Positions 7,995 through 17,772 of a stretch of 52,227 nucleotides of DNA are shown here, one piece after another. This DNA comes from Pseudomonadota bacterium (GTDB lineage: Bacteria > Pseudomonadota > Alphaproteobacteria > RF32 > CAG-239): the NCBI GenBank assembly GCA_918234285.1, contig CAKJXZ020000036.1:1-52227 (forward strand), given 5' to 3'. The translations under genes were made by a program, and so were the position numbers. Below the pieces are notes generated by a model. The model was not told the origin of the DNA. It saw only the letters and a program-made list of their open reading frames with translations, and made no database searches. Within the stretch, counting starts at the first letter, position 1; each line of letters starts with the position of its first letter.

Positions 7995-9008
7995 ATGGCG
8001 GAATTAAACGATTTTTTTGAGTTTGAGCAAGATGGCAAAACTTATGACCTTTATAAACTGCCGGACGGGTTTGTCATTAAAGGCGATGTAAATCTAAGCA
8101 AAAAAGGTTTAACCGAGTTGCCGGATTTATCCAAAGTTTCGGTTGAAGGCTCTTTTTTTTGTAACAACAATCCGTTAACCTCCTTACTGGGAGCGCCGAA
8201 AAAAGTTGGCGGAAATTTTTATTGCAGCGGCAATAAACTGACTACCTTAGTTGGAGCGCCGCAAGAAGTCGGCGGAAATTTTTATTGCAACAATAATCAG
8301 CTAACCTCCTTAGAAGGTGCACCGAAAAAAGTTGGCGGAAATTTTTATTGTAGCGAGAATCAGTTAACCACATTACAAGGAGCACCTGAGGAAGTCGGAA
8401 GACATTTTTATTGCGACAATAATCAACTAACCACTTTACAAGGAGCTCCACAGAAAGTCGGCGGAGATTTTTATTGCGACAATAATCGACTGACTACCTT
8501 ACAGGGGGCGCCGAAAAAAGTCGGCAATGGTTTTTGTTGCTCCGAAAATAAACTCACTACCTTAAAAGGTGCACCGCAGGAAGTCGGTGGATATTTTGAG
8601 TGCCCCCATAATCAACTGACTTCCTTAGAAGGAGCACCGCGAGGAGTAGGTGAAGGTTTTTATTGCTCCCATAATCAACTGACCACCTTGCAGGGGGCAC
8701 CGCAAGAAATCGGGGGAGCATTTACGTGCGATGAAAATGATAATTTATCCTCCCTGGTGGGATTGCCTAAAATGCCGGATGATCAGAAAGTGTATTGCGA
8801 TTTGGTTTTAGCGGAAAAATATAATTGTCCGGAATCGAAAAATGATGGTATTTATTACCATGATTTGATTGAATGTACGGTTTATAAAAATGAGCTTAAA
8901 ATAGCAGAGCTCCGGCAGAAAAGACACGAGGAAAAAGAACAAAGACAAGCACAATTAAAAGCCGGATTTGCCGCGTTTAAGAAGAAACAGGCTGAGGAAC
9001 GGGAGTAA
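7995..9008 (+). CDS. 21-aa LRR-like repeat protein, paralogue 2 (~10 repeats)
   Basis: Same repeat, cap and tail (AGFAAFKKKQAEERE). Confidence 0.85.
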   Translation: MAELNDFFEFEQDGKTYDLYKLPDGFVIKGDVNLSKKGLTELPDLSKVSVEGSFFCNNNPLTSLLGAPKKVGGNFYCSGNKLTTLVGAPQEVGGNFYCNNNQLTSLEGAPKKVGGNFYCSENQLTTLQGAPEEVGRHFYCDNNQLTTLQGAPQKVGGDFYCDNNRLTTLQGAPKKVGNGFCCSENKLTTLKGAPQEVGGYFECPHNQLTSLEGAPRGVGEGFYCSHNQLTTLQGAPQEIGGAFTCDENDNLSSLVGLPKMPDDQKVYCDLVLAEKYNCPESKNDGIYYHDLIECTVYKNELKIAELRQKRHEEKEQRQAQLKAGFAAFKKKQAEERE

Positions 9009-9020
9009 GGAGTAAGGGGT

Positions 9021-10166
9021 ATGGCGAAAAACTTTTTACAGCGGTTAAAAGCAAAAGTCCAAAAGAAGGTTGAGACTATCGCCAAGTTTTTGCCGTATGA
9101 ACAGGACGGGAAAAAATATAATCTCTACGATATGCCCGACGGCTTTGTGATTAAGGGCGACGTGGATTTATCCGGAAAAGGTTTGACCGAGTTGCCGGAT
9201 TTATCCAAGGTTGTCGTGCAAGGAAATTTCTTCTGTAATGACAATCAGCTGACCTCTTTGCAAGGAGCACCTAAGGAAGTCGGAAGAGATTTTTATTGCG
9301 AAGACAATCAGTTAACCTCCTTACTGGGAGCGCCGCAAGAAGTCGGCGGAATGTTTAAATGCAATGATAACCGCTTAACCTCTTTGGAAGGAGCGCCGCA
9401 AAAGGTCGGCGGAATGTTTAAATGCAGTGATAACCGCTTAACTTCATTGGAAGGAGCGCCGCAAAAGGTCGGCGGAATGTTTAGCTGCAGTTATAACCGC
9501 TTAACTTCATTGGAAGGAGCGCCGCAAGAAGTCGGCGGAGCTTTCAGTTGCGAACATAATATGCTGAATACATTAAAGGGAGCTCCGCGCGTGGTCGGAG
9601 GGGATTTTTATTGCTATCACAATCATTTGACTACGCTGGACGGGGCACCGCAAAAGGTCGGAGGTGATTTTAATTGTAAAAACAATGGTCTGACTTCATT
9701 AAAAGGAATATCACCGAAAATCGGCGGAATTTTTTGGTGTGACGACAATGAGCTTACTTCGCTGGAAGGGGCGGTGACGGAGATTGCCGGAGATTTTTAT
9801 TGCCTTGATAATCTGCTTACCGAGTTAAAGGCATCTTCCTTGAAAATCGGCAGAGATTTTATTTGCGACGGCACCGAATTGGAATCGCTTCTCGGATTGC
9901 CGGTTATGAACGAACACGCGAAAATCTATTGCTCAAACAAAATATGCGCCAAATACGGTTTTCCGAGCAAGGGGGCGGATTTCGGTATAGAATACGGCGA
10001 TTTGACGGATAGTACGGAATATAATAAAGAACTGGCACTACACAGAATTTCCGATAAAAAACGCGCCGGTGAACGGGATAAAAATGAGGCGGAAAAGTTG
10101 GAAAAAAGACGCGCCGGATATGCGGCGTTCAAGAAGCTGAGAACCGAGAAGCGGGAAAAGGAGTAA
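9021..10166 (+). CDS. 21-aa LRR-like repeat protein, paralogue 3 (~11 repeats)
   Basis: Same repeat, with an extra basic N-terminal helix; tail AGYAAFKKLRTEKREKE. Confidence 0.85.
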   Translation: MAKNFLQRLKAKVQKKVETIAKFLPYEQDGKKYNLYDMPDGFVIKGDVDLSGKGLTELPDLSKVVVQGNFFCNDNQLTSLQGAPKEVGRDFYCEDNQLTSLLGAPQEVGGMFKCNDNRLTSLEGAPQKVGGMFKCSDNRLTSLEGAPQKVGGMFSCSYNRLTSLEGAPQEVGGAFSCEHNMLNTLKGAPRVVGGDFYCYHNHLTTLDGAPQKVGGDFNCKNNGLTSLKGISPKIGGIFWCDDNELTSLEGAVTEIAGDFYCLDNLLTELKASSLKIGRDFICDGTELESLLGLPVMNEHAKIYCSNKICAKYGFPSKGADFGIEYGDLTDSTEYNKELALHRISDKKRAGERDKNEAEKLEKRRAGYAAFKKLRTEKREKE

Positions 10167-10171
10167 GAGGT

Positions 10172-10819
10172 ATGGCTATATTAAACGATAAATTTGAGTT
10201 TGAACAAGACGGAAAAACCTATAACTTGTATGACTTGCCGGACGGTTTTGTGATTAAGGGCGATATAAATTTGTCGCGAAGAGATTTGACCGAGTTGCCG
10301 GATTTATCTAAGGTTATTGTTGAGGGTGGTTTTTATTGTGTCTATAATCAACTAACCTCCTTAAAAGGGGCACCCCAAGAAGTAGGTGGAGGTTTTTATT
10401 GCCGCTTTAATAAACTGACCTCCTTGCATGGAGCACCGCAAGAAGTCGGCGGATATTTTGATTGCTCTTCTAACAATCTTACTTCCATAAAAGGAGCGCC
10501 GCAAAAGGTTGGTGGAAAGTTTGATTGTCGGCACAATATCTTTTTGGAATCGTTGTACGGAATATCGGAGATGGCGGATTACGGCAAAATACTTTGCAGC
10601 GGCGAGTTAAATGAACGTTACGGGTTTATTGAAGGCAAAGCAATCAGATACAAAGAGTTGCTTGAAAGCTCAACCTATAAAACCGAGGCGCGTATTCACG
10701 AGATATTGAGCAAGAGACATACCAAAGAAAACGAAGCCGCAAAGGAACAAAGACAAACGCAAATCAAGGCCGGATTTGCCGCGTTCAAAAAGAGAAAGCA
10801 AACCGAGGAGCGGGAATAA
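10172..10819 (+). CDS. 21-aa LRR-like repeat protein, paralogue 4 (~4 repeats)
   Basis: Same repeat, cap and tail (AGFAAFKKRKQTEERE). Confidence 0.85.
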   Translation: MAILNDKFEFEQDGKTYNLYDLPDGFVIKGDINLSRRDLTELPDLSKVIVEGGFYCVYNQLTSLKGAPQEVGGGFYCRFNKLTSLHGAPQEVGGYFDCSSNNLTSIKGAPQKVGGKFDCRHNIFLESLYGISEMADYGKILCSGELNERYGFIEGKAIRYKELLESSTYKTEARIHEILSKRHTKENEAAKEQRQTQIKAGFAAFKKRKQTEERE

Positions 10820-10863
10820 ACAGTGCCGCTGCGGCATCGTAAATCGGGTCGCGCTAAAAACAG

Positions 10864-12174
10864 TCAGGCCAAGGTCAATATAATCGGGTTATTTTTTTCA
10901 ACCGGCGTATCGCTTATTTTAATTGCTTTAAGCAGATATTCTTGAGCGCGTGCAAATTGTGCTTCATCTTGATAATGCACGATTGCCAGCGGGGCGGAAG
11001 CATCAACATAATCACCGATTTGTGCAAAATCGGTATAACCGGTAGCTAAATCGAGTTTTTGCGTCGGAATGCTGCGTCCGCCGCCGAGTTCGATGATACT
11101 TAAGCCGACGGCACGGGCATCCATGGCGCAAACATAACCGCTTTTTTGAGCATAAATCGGTTTAGTGTGAGTGGCTTGCGGCAAATAACGACTGCTATGC
11201 TCGACAAAGTCGGTCGGACCGCCCAAAGCCGCGACCATCTGTGCAAATTTTTCCAAAGCTCTGCCGGAAGTCAGAACCGTGTCAATAAGCAACGCGGCTG
11301 TATCTTTATCGGAACAACGGCCGCAAGCAACCAACAACTCGATACACAGCGCTTTGGTAACCGCATCAAGCCGCGGATTGACGTTTTTGTTTTGCAAATA
11401 TTCCAATGCTTCGTTCACCTCAACCGCATTGCCGGCAGCAGTTCCCAGTACCTGATTCATATCGGTAATGATTGCACCGGTGCGAGTTCCGGCACCGTTG
11501 GCCACCTCGATAATGGATTGCGCCAATGCTTTGGCATCGTCAAAATTTTGCATAAACGCGCCGTTGCCGCATTTCAAGTCCATAATCAGATATTGCAAGC
11601 CGGCCGCCAGTTTTTTGGAAAGAATGGAAGCGGTAATCAGCGGAATCGATTCAACCGTGCCGCAAACATCGCGAATGGCATAGATTTTTTTATCTGCCGG
11701 AGCCAAGTTGCCGGTTTGACCGATAATAGCACAACCGACTTTTTTTACGACTTGGCGAAACAGAGTATTATCCGCTTGAGTATTATAATTCGGGATAGCT
11801 TCGAGTTTATCGACGGTGCCGCCGGTGTGTCCCAAACCGCGTCCGGCAATCATCGGTACATAAACATCGCAGGCCGCCAACATCGGCGCCAGCATCAGAC
11901 TGACCTTATCGCCGACACCGCCGCTGGAGTGCTTATCGACAATCGGCTTATCAAAATCGGTCCAACGCAAAACTTCGCCCGAATCGCGCATGGCAAGCGT
12001 CAAATCGATGGTTTCTTGTTTGTTCAGCCCGTTGAGAAAAATTGCCATAGTCATGGCGGCAACTTGCGTATCGTCAACCGTGTGATTACCTATTCCGGCG
12101 ATAAATTCACGGATTTCCGTGTCGGATAAAATTTCTTTGTCACGCTTGCGGCGGATAATTTCCTGCGGTAACAT
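10864..12174 (-). CDS. deoA: Thymidine/pyrimidine-nucleoside phosphorylase
   Basis: MLPQEIIRRKRD, DKHSSGGVGDK, GRGLGHTGGT.DKLE, SILSKKLA. Confidence 0.95.
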   Translation of the reverse strand: MLPQEIIRRKRDKEILSDTEIREFIAGIGNHTVDDTQVAAMTMAIFLNGLNKQETIDLTLAMRDSGEVLRWTDFDKPIVDKHSSGGVGDKVSLMLAPMLAACDVYVPMIAGRGLGHTGGTVDKLEAIPNYNTQADNTLFRQVVKKVGCAIIGQTGNLAPADKKIYAIRDVCGTVESIPLITASILSKKLAAGLQYLIMDLKCGNGAFMQNFDDAKALAQSIIEVANGAGTRTGAIITDMNQVLGTAAGNAVEVNEALEYLQNKNVNPRLDAVTKALCIELLVACGRCSDKDTAALLIDTVLTSGRALEKFAQMVAALGGPTDFVEHSSRYLPQATHTKPIYAQKSGYVCAMDARAVGLSIIELGGGRSIPTQKLDLATGYTDFAQIGDYVDASAPLAIVHYQDEAQFARAQEYLLKAIKISDTPVEKNNPIILTLA

Positions 12175-12176
12175 CT

Positions 12177-12974
12177 TTATTCCTTTTCCATAAATTTGGT
12201 AAGCAACAACGTGAGTTTTTGCGTGGCCTTGCCGACCTGTTGCAAAACTTCGCCGTGGTTCGGTTTATGCAAATCCATACCGGTAGCCAGATTGGAAATA
12301 ACCGAAACACCCATAACCTTCATCCCCAACTGTACGGCGGAAATCACTTCCGGCACGGTGGACATTCCGACCGCTTCAATGTTGAACATTTGCAACATTC
12401 TGACTTCGGCCGGAGTTTCGTAATTAGGGCCGGTCAGCATCATGTAAACACCCTGAAACACCGGTATTCTTTCTTCTTCCGCCACTTTCATAAAATTTTG
12501 GCGCATTTCATTATCATAGGCGTTACTCATATCCGGAAAATACGGTTCTTCGCAAACGCCGATAAGCGGATTGGTACCGCTCATATTGATGTGATCGGCA
12601 ATCAGCATAATACTACCGGCAGGCATATACATTCTGAGCGAACCGGCGGCATTGGTAACAATCAACCGTTTCACCCCGAGCTGTTTTAATACGCGAATAA
12701 CTTCATAAATCATACGAACGTCGATGCCTTCATAAAAATGAAAGCGCCCCTGCATACAAATCACGTTATGTTTACCCAGTTTGCCAATGCACATTTGTCC
12801 CTTGTGGCCGCTGACGGTCGGTGTCGGGAAAAACGGAATGTCCGAATATGGGATATACAGCGGATTTTCAATCGCTTCAACAACTCCGCCCAGACCCGAG
12901 CCGAGGATTAAGGCGGTATCCGGCACAAAGCCGTTGAGTTTTTCTTTTAAGTATTCATAAGATTTTTCAAGCAT
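12177..12974 (-). CDS. punA: Purine-nucleoside phosphorylase (trimeric type)
   Basis: ILGSGLG, QGRFHFYEG, TNAAG, GPNYETPAE, VGMSTVPE. Confidence 0.93.
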   Translation of the reverse strand: MLEKSYEYLKEKLNGFVPDTALILGSGLGGVVEAIENPLYIPYSDIPFFPTPTVSGHKGQMCIGKLGKHNVICMQGRFHFYEGIDVRMIYEVIRVLKQLGVKRLIVTNAAGSLRMYMPAGSIMLIADHINMSGTNPLIGVCEEPYFPDMSNAYDNEMRQNFMKVAEEERIPVFQGVYMMLTGPNYETPAEVRMLQMFNIEAVGMSTVPEVISAVQLGMKVMGVSVISNLATGMDLHKPNHGEVLQQVGKATQKLTLLLTKFMEKE

Positions 12975-13368
12975 GTTTTACCTCTTTGGCGCTAAAGTTA
13001 TGCGGCAGTAAATCTGCCAATTTATAAGTTTTGATGTTGCCTTTTAAATCGGCACTGTGAATTAAGGTGTCGGGTTTGCCGAATTCGGCAATTTTTTGCA
13101 GACAATTACCGCACGGCATAATGTTTGTGGTATCGGCAACAATCAAAATCTCGGCAAGCGCGGTGTCTCCGCCTGCTACCATGGCAGCGATTGCTCCGGC
13201 TTCGGCACAGGTTCCGCACGGATAAGATATATTTTCCACATTACATCCGGCATACAGCTTACCGCTTTCGCTACGGACGGCTGCTCCGACCTTGAAATCG
13301 GAATATGGCGCGTAAGCCATATTTCGTGATTGTACAGCCAAATCATACAGTTGCTTCATATAATCCAT
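12967..13368 (-). CDS. cdd: Cytidine deaminase
   Basis: AYAPYS.F.VGAA, GCNVEN, CAE, PCGNC.Q. Start moved to MDYMKQ. Confidence 0.95.
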   Translation of the reverse strand: MDYMKQLYDLAVQSRNMAYAPYSDFKVGAAVRSESGKLYAGCNVENISYPCGTCAEAGAIAAMVAGGDTALAEILIVADTTNIMPCGNCLQKIAEFGKPDTLIHSADLKGNIKTYKLADLLPHNFSAKEVKHA

Positions 13369-13463
13369 TTTTTTGCCTCTAAGTAGAAAAATATGTTGAT
13401 TTATTGTACGAATATTATACATTAAAAGTCAAGATTATCTTAATATCAATGGGAGAAGCGTTG

Positions 13464-16400
13464 ATGAAAAAAATCATTTTGATATCTTTGGGTGTGATTA
13501 TATTGGTGTTCGGAGGCCTTGCAGCCTACGTTTCAATGATAGATTGGAATAAGCACAAAGACAGAATGGCTCGGCAAATTTCCGAGGTTATCGGTAAAAA
13601 AGTGGAATTTGACGGCAATCTGGAGGTTTCTTATTTCCCGCCGGTTATCTCGGCGCAGTCGGTAAAAGTTATCAATCCGCAGACCAATGACACCATTGCG
13701 CAAATTCCGCAGCTCAAAACCGATGTTTCGCTTCTCTCCTTAATCAAAGGCGCACCGGATATTCAGACCTTGCATTTGGTGGATGCCGACTTATGGGTAA
13801 CGCTTGATGAAGAAGGCCGCAATAACTGGGTGCAGCAAACCGCTTCTCCCGATTTTGTGGAAAATAACGGCTTTTTGATGAAAACGATTAACCTCAGCAA
13901 TGCCAAGCTGCATTTTAGCGATAAATCGCACAATATTCAGTTTGATTTAACCGATTTTACCGCCGAAATTACGGCCGGCAGTGTGACCGGTCCGTATCGT
14001 TTGGACGGTAACTTTATGAAAGGCAATGAGCGCTACGGTACGGCGTTTCAGATTGATGCCATATCGCAGCTTAACGATACCAATTTGATGTTTGTGGTTT
14101 TGCACCAGGGTTCGGAAAGTTATGTGCGTTATGATGGTCCGTACAATATGGGTACCAACACTTTTAAGGGTTTTGCCAAAGGCGATTTCAAACGTACGTC
14201 GGATTTTATCAATGCGATGGCGGGTGAGAAAGTGTTGCCGGAGGTGTATAATGTGCCGTTGCAATTTTCAACCGATGTTTCCATTGACGGCAAAAATATT
14301 GAATTGTCGCATTTTTCCGTGGTGTTTTCGCAATTAATGGTAGGGTCGGGCGAAGTCGTAATCAGCCAGACACCGAAGGAAAACGGGCAGATTCCGGTAA
14401 CGGTCAAATATCAACTGCGAGATTTTGATTTTCGGCCGCTGTGGGCTCAGATTAAGGAAAGATTTGTCCAATACCAGAAAGGGGAAAAATTTGCACCAAA
14501 TTGGCCTTATGACGTTGATTATGACATATCGTCGGTACGGGTTGTCGTCAGCGATAAGCCGGAGGGAGTGCTCGAAAACGTCAGCATAAAAGGTCAGGTC
14601 AGAAACGATGGGTTCAGCGTGGATGATTTTTATGCTGGTTGCTCCGGAAATATAGTATTGAATGCTACGTGCAATCTGGTTGCTAATGAGGGTGTGCCGC
14701 TCTTCTCACTCAACGTTGTTGCCGACGGTCGTAATTTCCGCAGTATGATTAATTCTTTCGGTTTTGACTTGGAAGCACCTTCGCAGGGGGCTTATCAATC
14801 GGGTAAAATAACCGCCAGCGCCAAGATAACTCCGAGCGGAATTCAAATTGAGGAGTTAAACTCGACTATAGATAAGGCAAGTGTAAAAGCGTCGGCCGAC
14901 ATAGCGCTGTTAACCAATACCTATAACATTGTTCTCAGGGCTGACAGACTGAATTTGGATAATTATATATTTGCGCCGGGGCAAGATCAACCGAAAGATT
15001 TGGAAACGGCATTGAAATACGATTTGAACGGATTGGCAGGATTGCAAAATAAGAGCGTGCATATACAGGCAGATGTCAATGAAGCGATTTTCCGCGGCGC
15101 TTCAATTAAGAAATTGCAGTTGGATGCCCAATATGCCGATGGCGGTCTGAATATAACCAAAGCAACGACTGAGGATGTTTTGGGCACATCTGCAGACATT
15201 ACCGCCACCGTCTCGGATATCAAAAGTGCTAAACCGCAAATAAATGAAATGCAGTTTAATCTGAAGTCGCAGGATTTGTTGCCGTTGATTAAAAAGATGG
15301 CGCTTCCGTTGCCGGAGTGGCCGCTGTTTTCTCAGAATAATATAACCGTAAACGGTAATTTGAGCGGTGATTTTGATTATATAACGCTCAAAATAAATGC
15401 GGTTGCCGGTACCGATAGTTTTGAGTATGACGGCACGATTCAGGGGAGCGATGAAAAAACGCAATATAACGGCGATTTTGTTATAAAAACCACGCGTTTG
15501 GAACAACTTTTGAATAAAATCGATATGACCGGTGCGGATAAATCTTTGCGCGGGGCACTGAACGGAAAAGCGCATATCCGAGGCCGAAAAAATAATTTTG
15601 CACTGGAGGAAATGGAGTTTCAGTTGGGTCCTTCGCAATATACCGGCAGTATTATCGTAAAGAACGATACAAAACTTCGTTCGCTTAAAGGTGAGGTTAA
15701 TGTTAACGAACTGAATTGGGCTCAGTTTATAAAAACGCAGAAAGACAAAAGCAGTGTTCCTCCGGCGGTATCAACAAGCGGAGATACTTTTATCTCAAAA
15801 TTGAATTTGAGCAAAGATCCGTTTGATTTCAGTATTTACAATGGTTGGGACTTAGATATAAATTTAAGCACCCAGAAGAGTATATACGGAGATTGGTCTG
15901 CAGATAACCTTAAGTTTCGCCTCATCAGCAGCAACGGTACCATGTTGTTGCAGAATATTGCGGCGGATTCCGATAATGCCTCGGTTGTCGGCAACGTTAA
16001 GATAGATTATATACAGACGCCTAAAATGGCGGGAACGTTAAACTGGAGTAAAGTTAAGGTCAAGGAATTGGGCGGAAGTGTCTATGCACTGTCAACCGAC
16101 GATATGTCACTCAGTTTGGATTTTGAAACGTCGGTACAATCCCTTGACAGTATTATTGTGGGATTGTCGGGAACGGCAAAACTTAAGACTTCGGGCTTAA
16201 AAGTAAAAGGTATAGATTTAGCGGCCATAGAAAAGGACTTGGCAGAACGCGACCGTTCTAAAGGATTGTTCCAGATGGTGCAGGGGAATCTGCAAAACGG
16301 AGCAACGACCTTTTATCCGATTAACGCAACCATCGCGATTAAAAACGGAGTTCTTTCTTTGGAAAGTATTGCCTTGAAAAACGAGCATACCAACGCGGTT

Positions 16401-17747
16401 TTGAGCGGAAAAGTTAACTTAAAAGATTGGCGTATAGATACGTCGGTTAATGTTAAATATCCGCTTTTAACCGATATGCCGGCATACAGTTTTGAAATGA
16501 CAACCGCGCTAAATAAACCGATAATTGATATATCGATTGGCGATATTGCGCACAAATACGACGCTTATTGGGACAAATTGGCACAGGAAGAACAGGCGGA
16601 AAGAGATAAGGTTAAACAGGCTAAAGATGAATATGCCGGACAGGTAAAACTGCAGGCAATCGCTCTCGACAGAAGAGTTGAAAAAATATCGGCTTTGGCT
16701 AAGAATTATGCTGATAAGAAAATCGTAGATGAAACAATATTTAAATATAATGCCAAAATAGATCGTTTAAACGAAATACATCGCTCAATGCAAGATACTC
16801 GGGGGCAACTGAGTCAACCGGATATTACCAACGAAACAATTTCGCAAATCGAGCGTCAGTTGCAGGTTACGCGGCAGGAAATAGATATTATTGAGGGTGA
16901 AATAAAAGAATTTTCGGCAACTGATATCAATCGTCGCTTGGAAGTGGGGCGCGCCGAAATGGATAAGGAAAACAAAAACTGTTCCGACAGCATGGAAAAA
17001 TTCGATGCCCAAATCAGTTCTGCTTCGGAAAAGCTGGAAAAGATTAACTCCAAACAATATTTAACCGATAATAAGGAGATAAATCGCGAGCACGAAATGG
17101 CTTTGAGCAATATCAATACGGCCGGCGGAATTTACAGTGATTATAGCACGCAATATGAGAAAATCAAAGCTATGCCGGATAGTACGGAAAAGGTAGATGC
17201 AATAGATGCTCTCAATAATATGTTAACACAGATGAAAAATCAGTGCGCATTGGTTATGGATGCACAGAAGTCGGCTGACGAGATGATAACTAAAATAGTG
17301 AATGAACGTCAAAGTATTTATGATAAAGAGCGGTTGGCCGCCGAGAAAAAGCGTTTGGCTGAAGCGGCCGAAGATGCAGATAATTTGTTGGCCGAGAAAA
17401 AGACTACGGAAACAGATGAACCGGTTGTTGTCGTTTCCGAAGAAAAAAATACGACCGACAATAAGAAGAATGAAACCGCGGATGATGAAAAATCCGCTGT
17501 TAAAACGGATGTTCCGGCAAAGGAGGACGAGAAAGAAGACGTTAAATCGGGTGAAATTGAAGTTAAACTTGCAGAACCTCTTATAAAGGACGTCTCTCGG
17601 ACGGGGACTGGGGCGCCGAGCGGCAGAATTATTCGCTCATATGACGTGCCTGCAACTACACCGGAATTACCGAAAACCGGTTCGGGAATCCTTCGTCCGG
17701 TTGAAGGAGCAGTACAAAAACCGAGCGGAACGATTATAGTTAAGTAA
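13464..17747 (+). CDS. AsmA-family protein with long C-terminal coiled-coil and acidic tail
   Basis: N-terminal TM followed by IDWNKHK...IS..IGKKV..DG.L (AsmA-like). Beta-rich body, GIDL..I in the AsmA C-terminal region, then heptad-rich sequence. Confidence 0.8.
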   Translation: MKKIILISLGVIILVFGGLAAYVSMIDWNKHKDRMARQISEVIGKKVEFDGNLEVSYFPPVISAQSVKVINPQTNDTIAQIPQLKTDVSLLSLIKGAPDIQTLHLVDADLWVTLDEEGRNNWVQQTASPDFVENNGFLMKTINLSNAKLHFSDKSHNIQFDLTDFTAEITAGSVTGPYRLDGNFMKGNERYGTAFQIDAISQLNDTNLMFVVLHQGSESYVRYDGPYNMGTNTFKGFAKGDFKRTSDFINAMAGEKVLPEVYNVPLQFSTDVSIDGKNIELSHFSVVFSQLMVGSGEVVISQTPKENGQIPVTVKYQLRDFDFRPLWAQIKERFVQYQKGEKFAPNWPYDVDYDISSVRVVVSDKPEGVLENVSIKGQVRNDGFSVDDFYAGCSGNIVLNATCNLVANEGVPLFSLNVVADGRNFRSMINSFGFDLEAPSQGAYQSGKITASAKITPSGIQIEELNSTIDKASVKASADIALLTNTYNIVLRADRLNLDNYIFAPGQDQPKDLETALKYDLNGLAGLQNKSVHIQADVNEAIFRGASIKKLQLDAQYADGGLNITKATTEDVLGTSADITATVSDIKSAKPQINEMQFNLKSQDLLPLIKKMALPLPEWPLFSQNNITVNGNLSGDFDYITLKINAVAGTDSFEYDGTIQGSDEKTQYNGDFVIKTTRLEQLLNKIDMTGADKSLRGALNGKAHIRGRKNNFALEEMEFQLGPSQYTGSIIVKNDTKLRSLKGEVNVNELNWAQFIKTQKDKSSVPPAVSTSGDTFISKLNLSKDPFDFSIYNGWDLDINLSTQKSIYGDWSADNLKFRLISSNGTMLLQNIAADSDNASVVGNVKIDYIQTPKMAGTLNWSKVKVKELGGSVYALSTDDMSLSLDFETSVQSLDSIIVGLSGTAKLKTSGLKVKGIDLAAIEKDLAERDRSKGLFQMVQGNLQNGATTFYPINATIAIKNGVLSLESIALKNEHTNAVLSGKVNLKDWRIDTSVNVKYPLLTDMPAYSFEMTTALNKPIIDISIGDIAHKYDAYWDKLAQEEQAERDKVKQAKDEYAGQVKLQAIALDRRVEKISALAKNYADKKIVDETIFKYNAKIDRLNEIHRSMQDTRGQLSQPDITNETISQIERQLQVTRQEIDIIEGEIKEFSATDINRRLEVGRAEMDKENKNCSDSMEKFDAQISSASEKLEKINSKQYLTDNKEINREHEMALSNINTAGGIYSDYSTQYEKIKAMPDSTEKVDAIDALNNMLTQMKNQCALVMDAQKSADEMITKIVNERQSIYDKERLAAEKKRLAEAAEDADNLLAEKKTTETDEPVVVVSEEKNTTDNKKNETADDEKSAVKTDVPAKEDEKEDVKSGEIEVKLAEPLIKDVSRTGTGAPSGRIIRSYDVPATTPELPKTGSGILRPVEGAVQKPSGTIIVK

Positions 17748-17772
17748 TAATAAATTAAAAAAGGAGAATATA

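Noticed and set aside
6991-10819. Diversity-generating retroelement targets
   Set aside because: No reverse transcriptase and no TR/VR pair with adenine-specific differences is visible. Variation is better explained by repeat duplication and divergence.
11146-12129. 327-aa plus-strand ORF
   Set aside because: Antisense shadow of deoA with no motifs.
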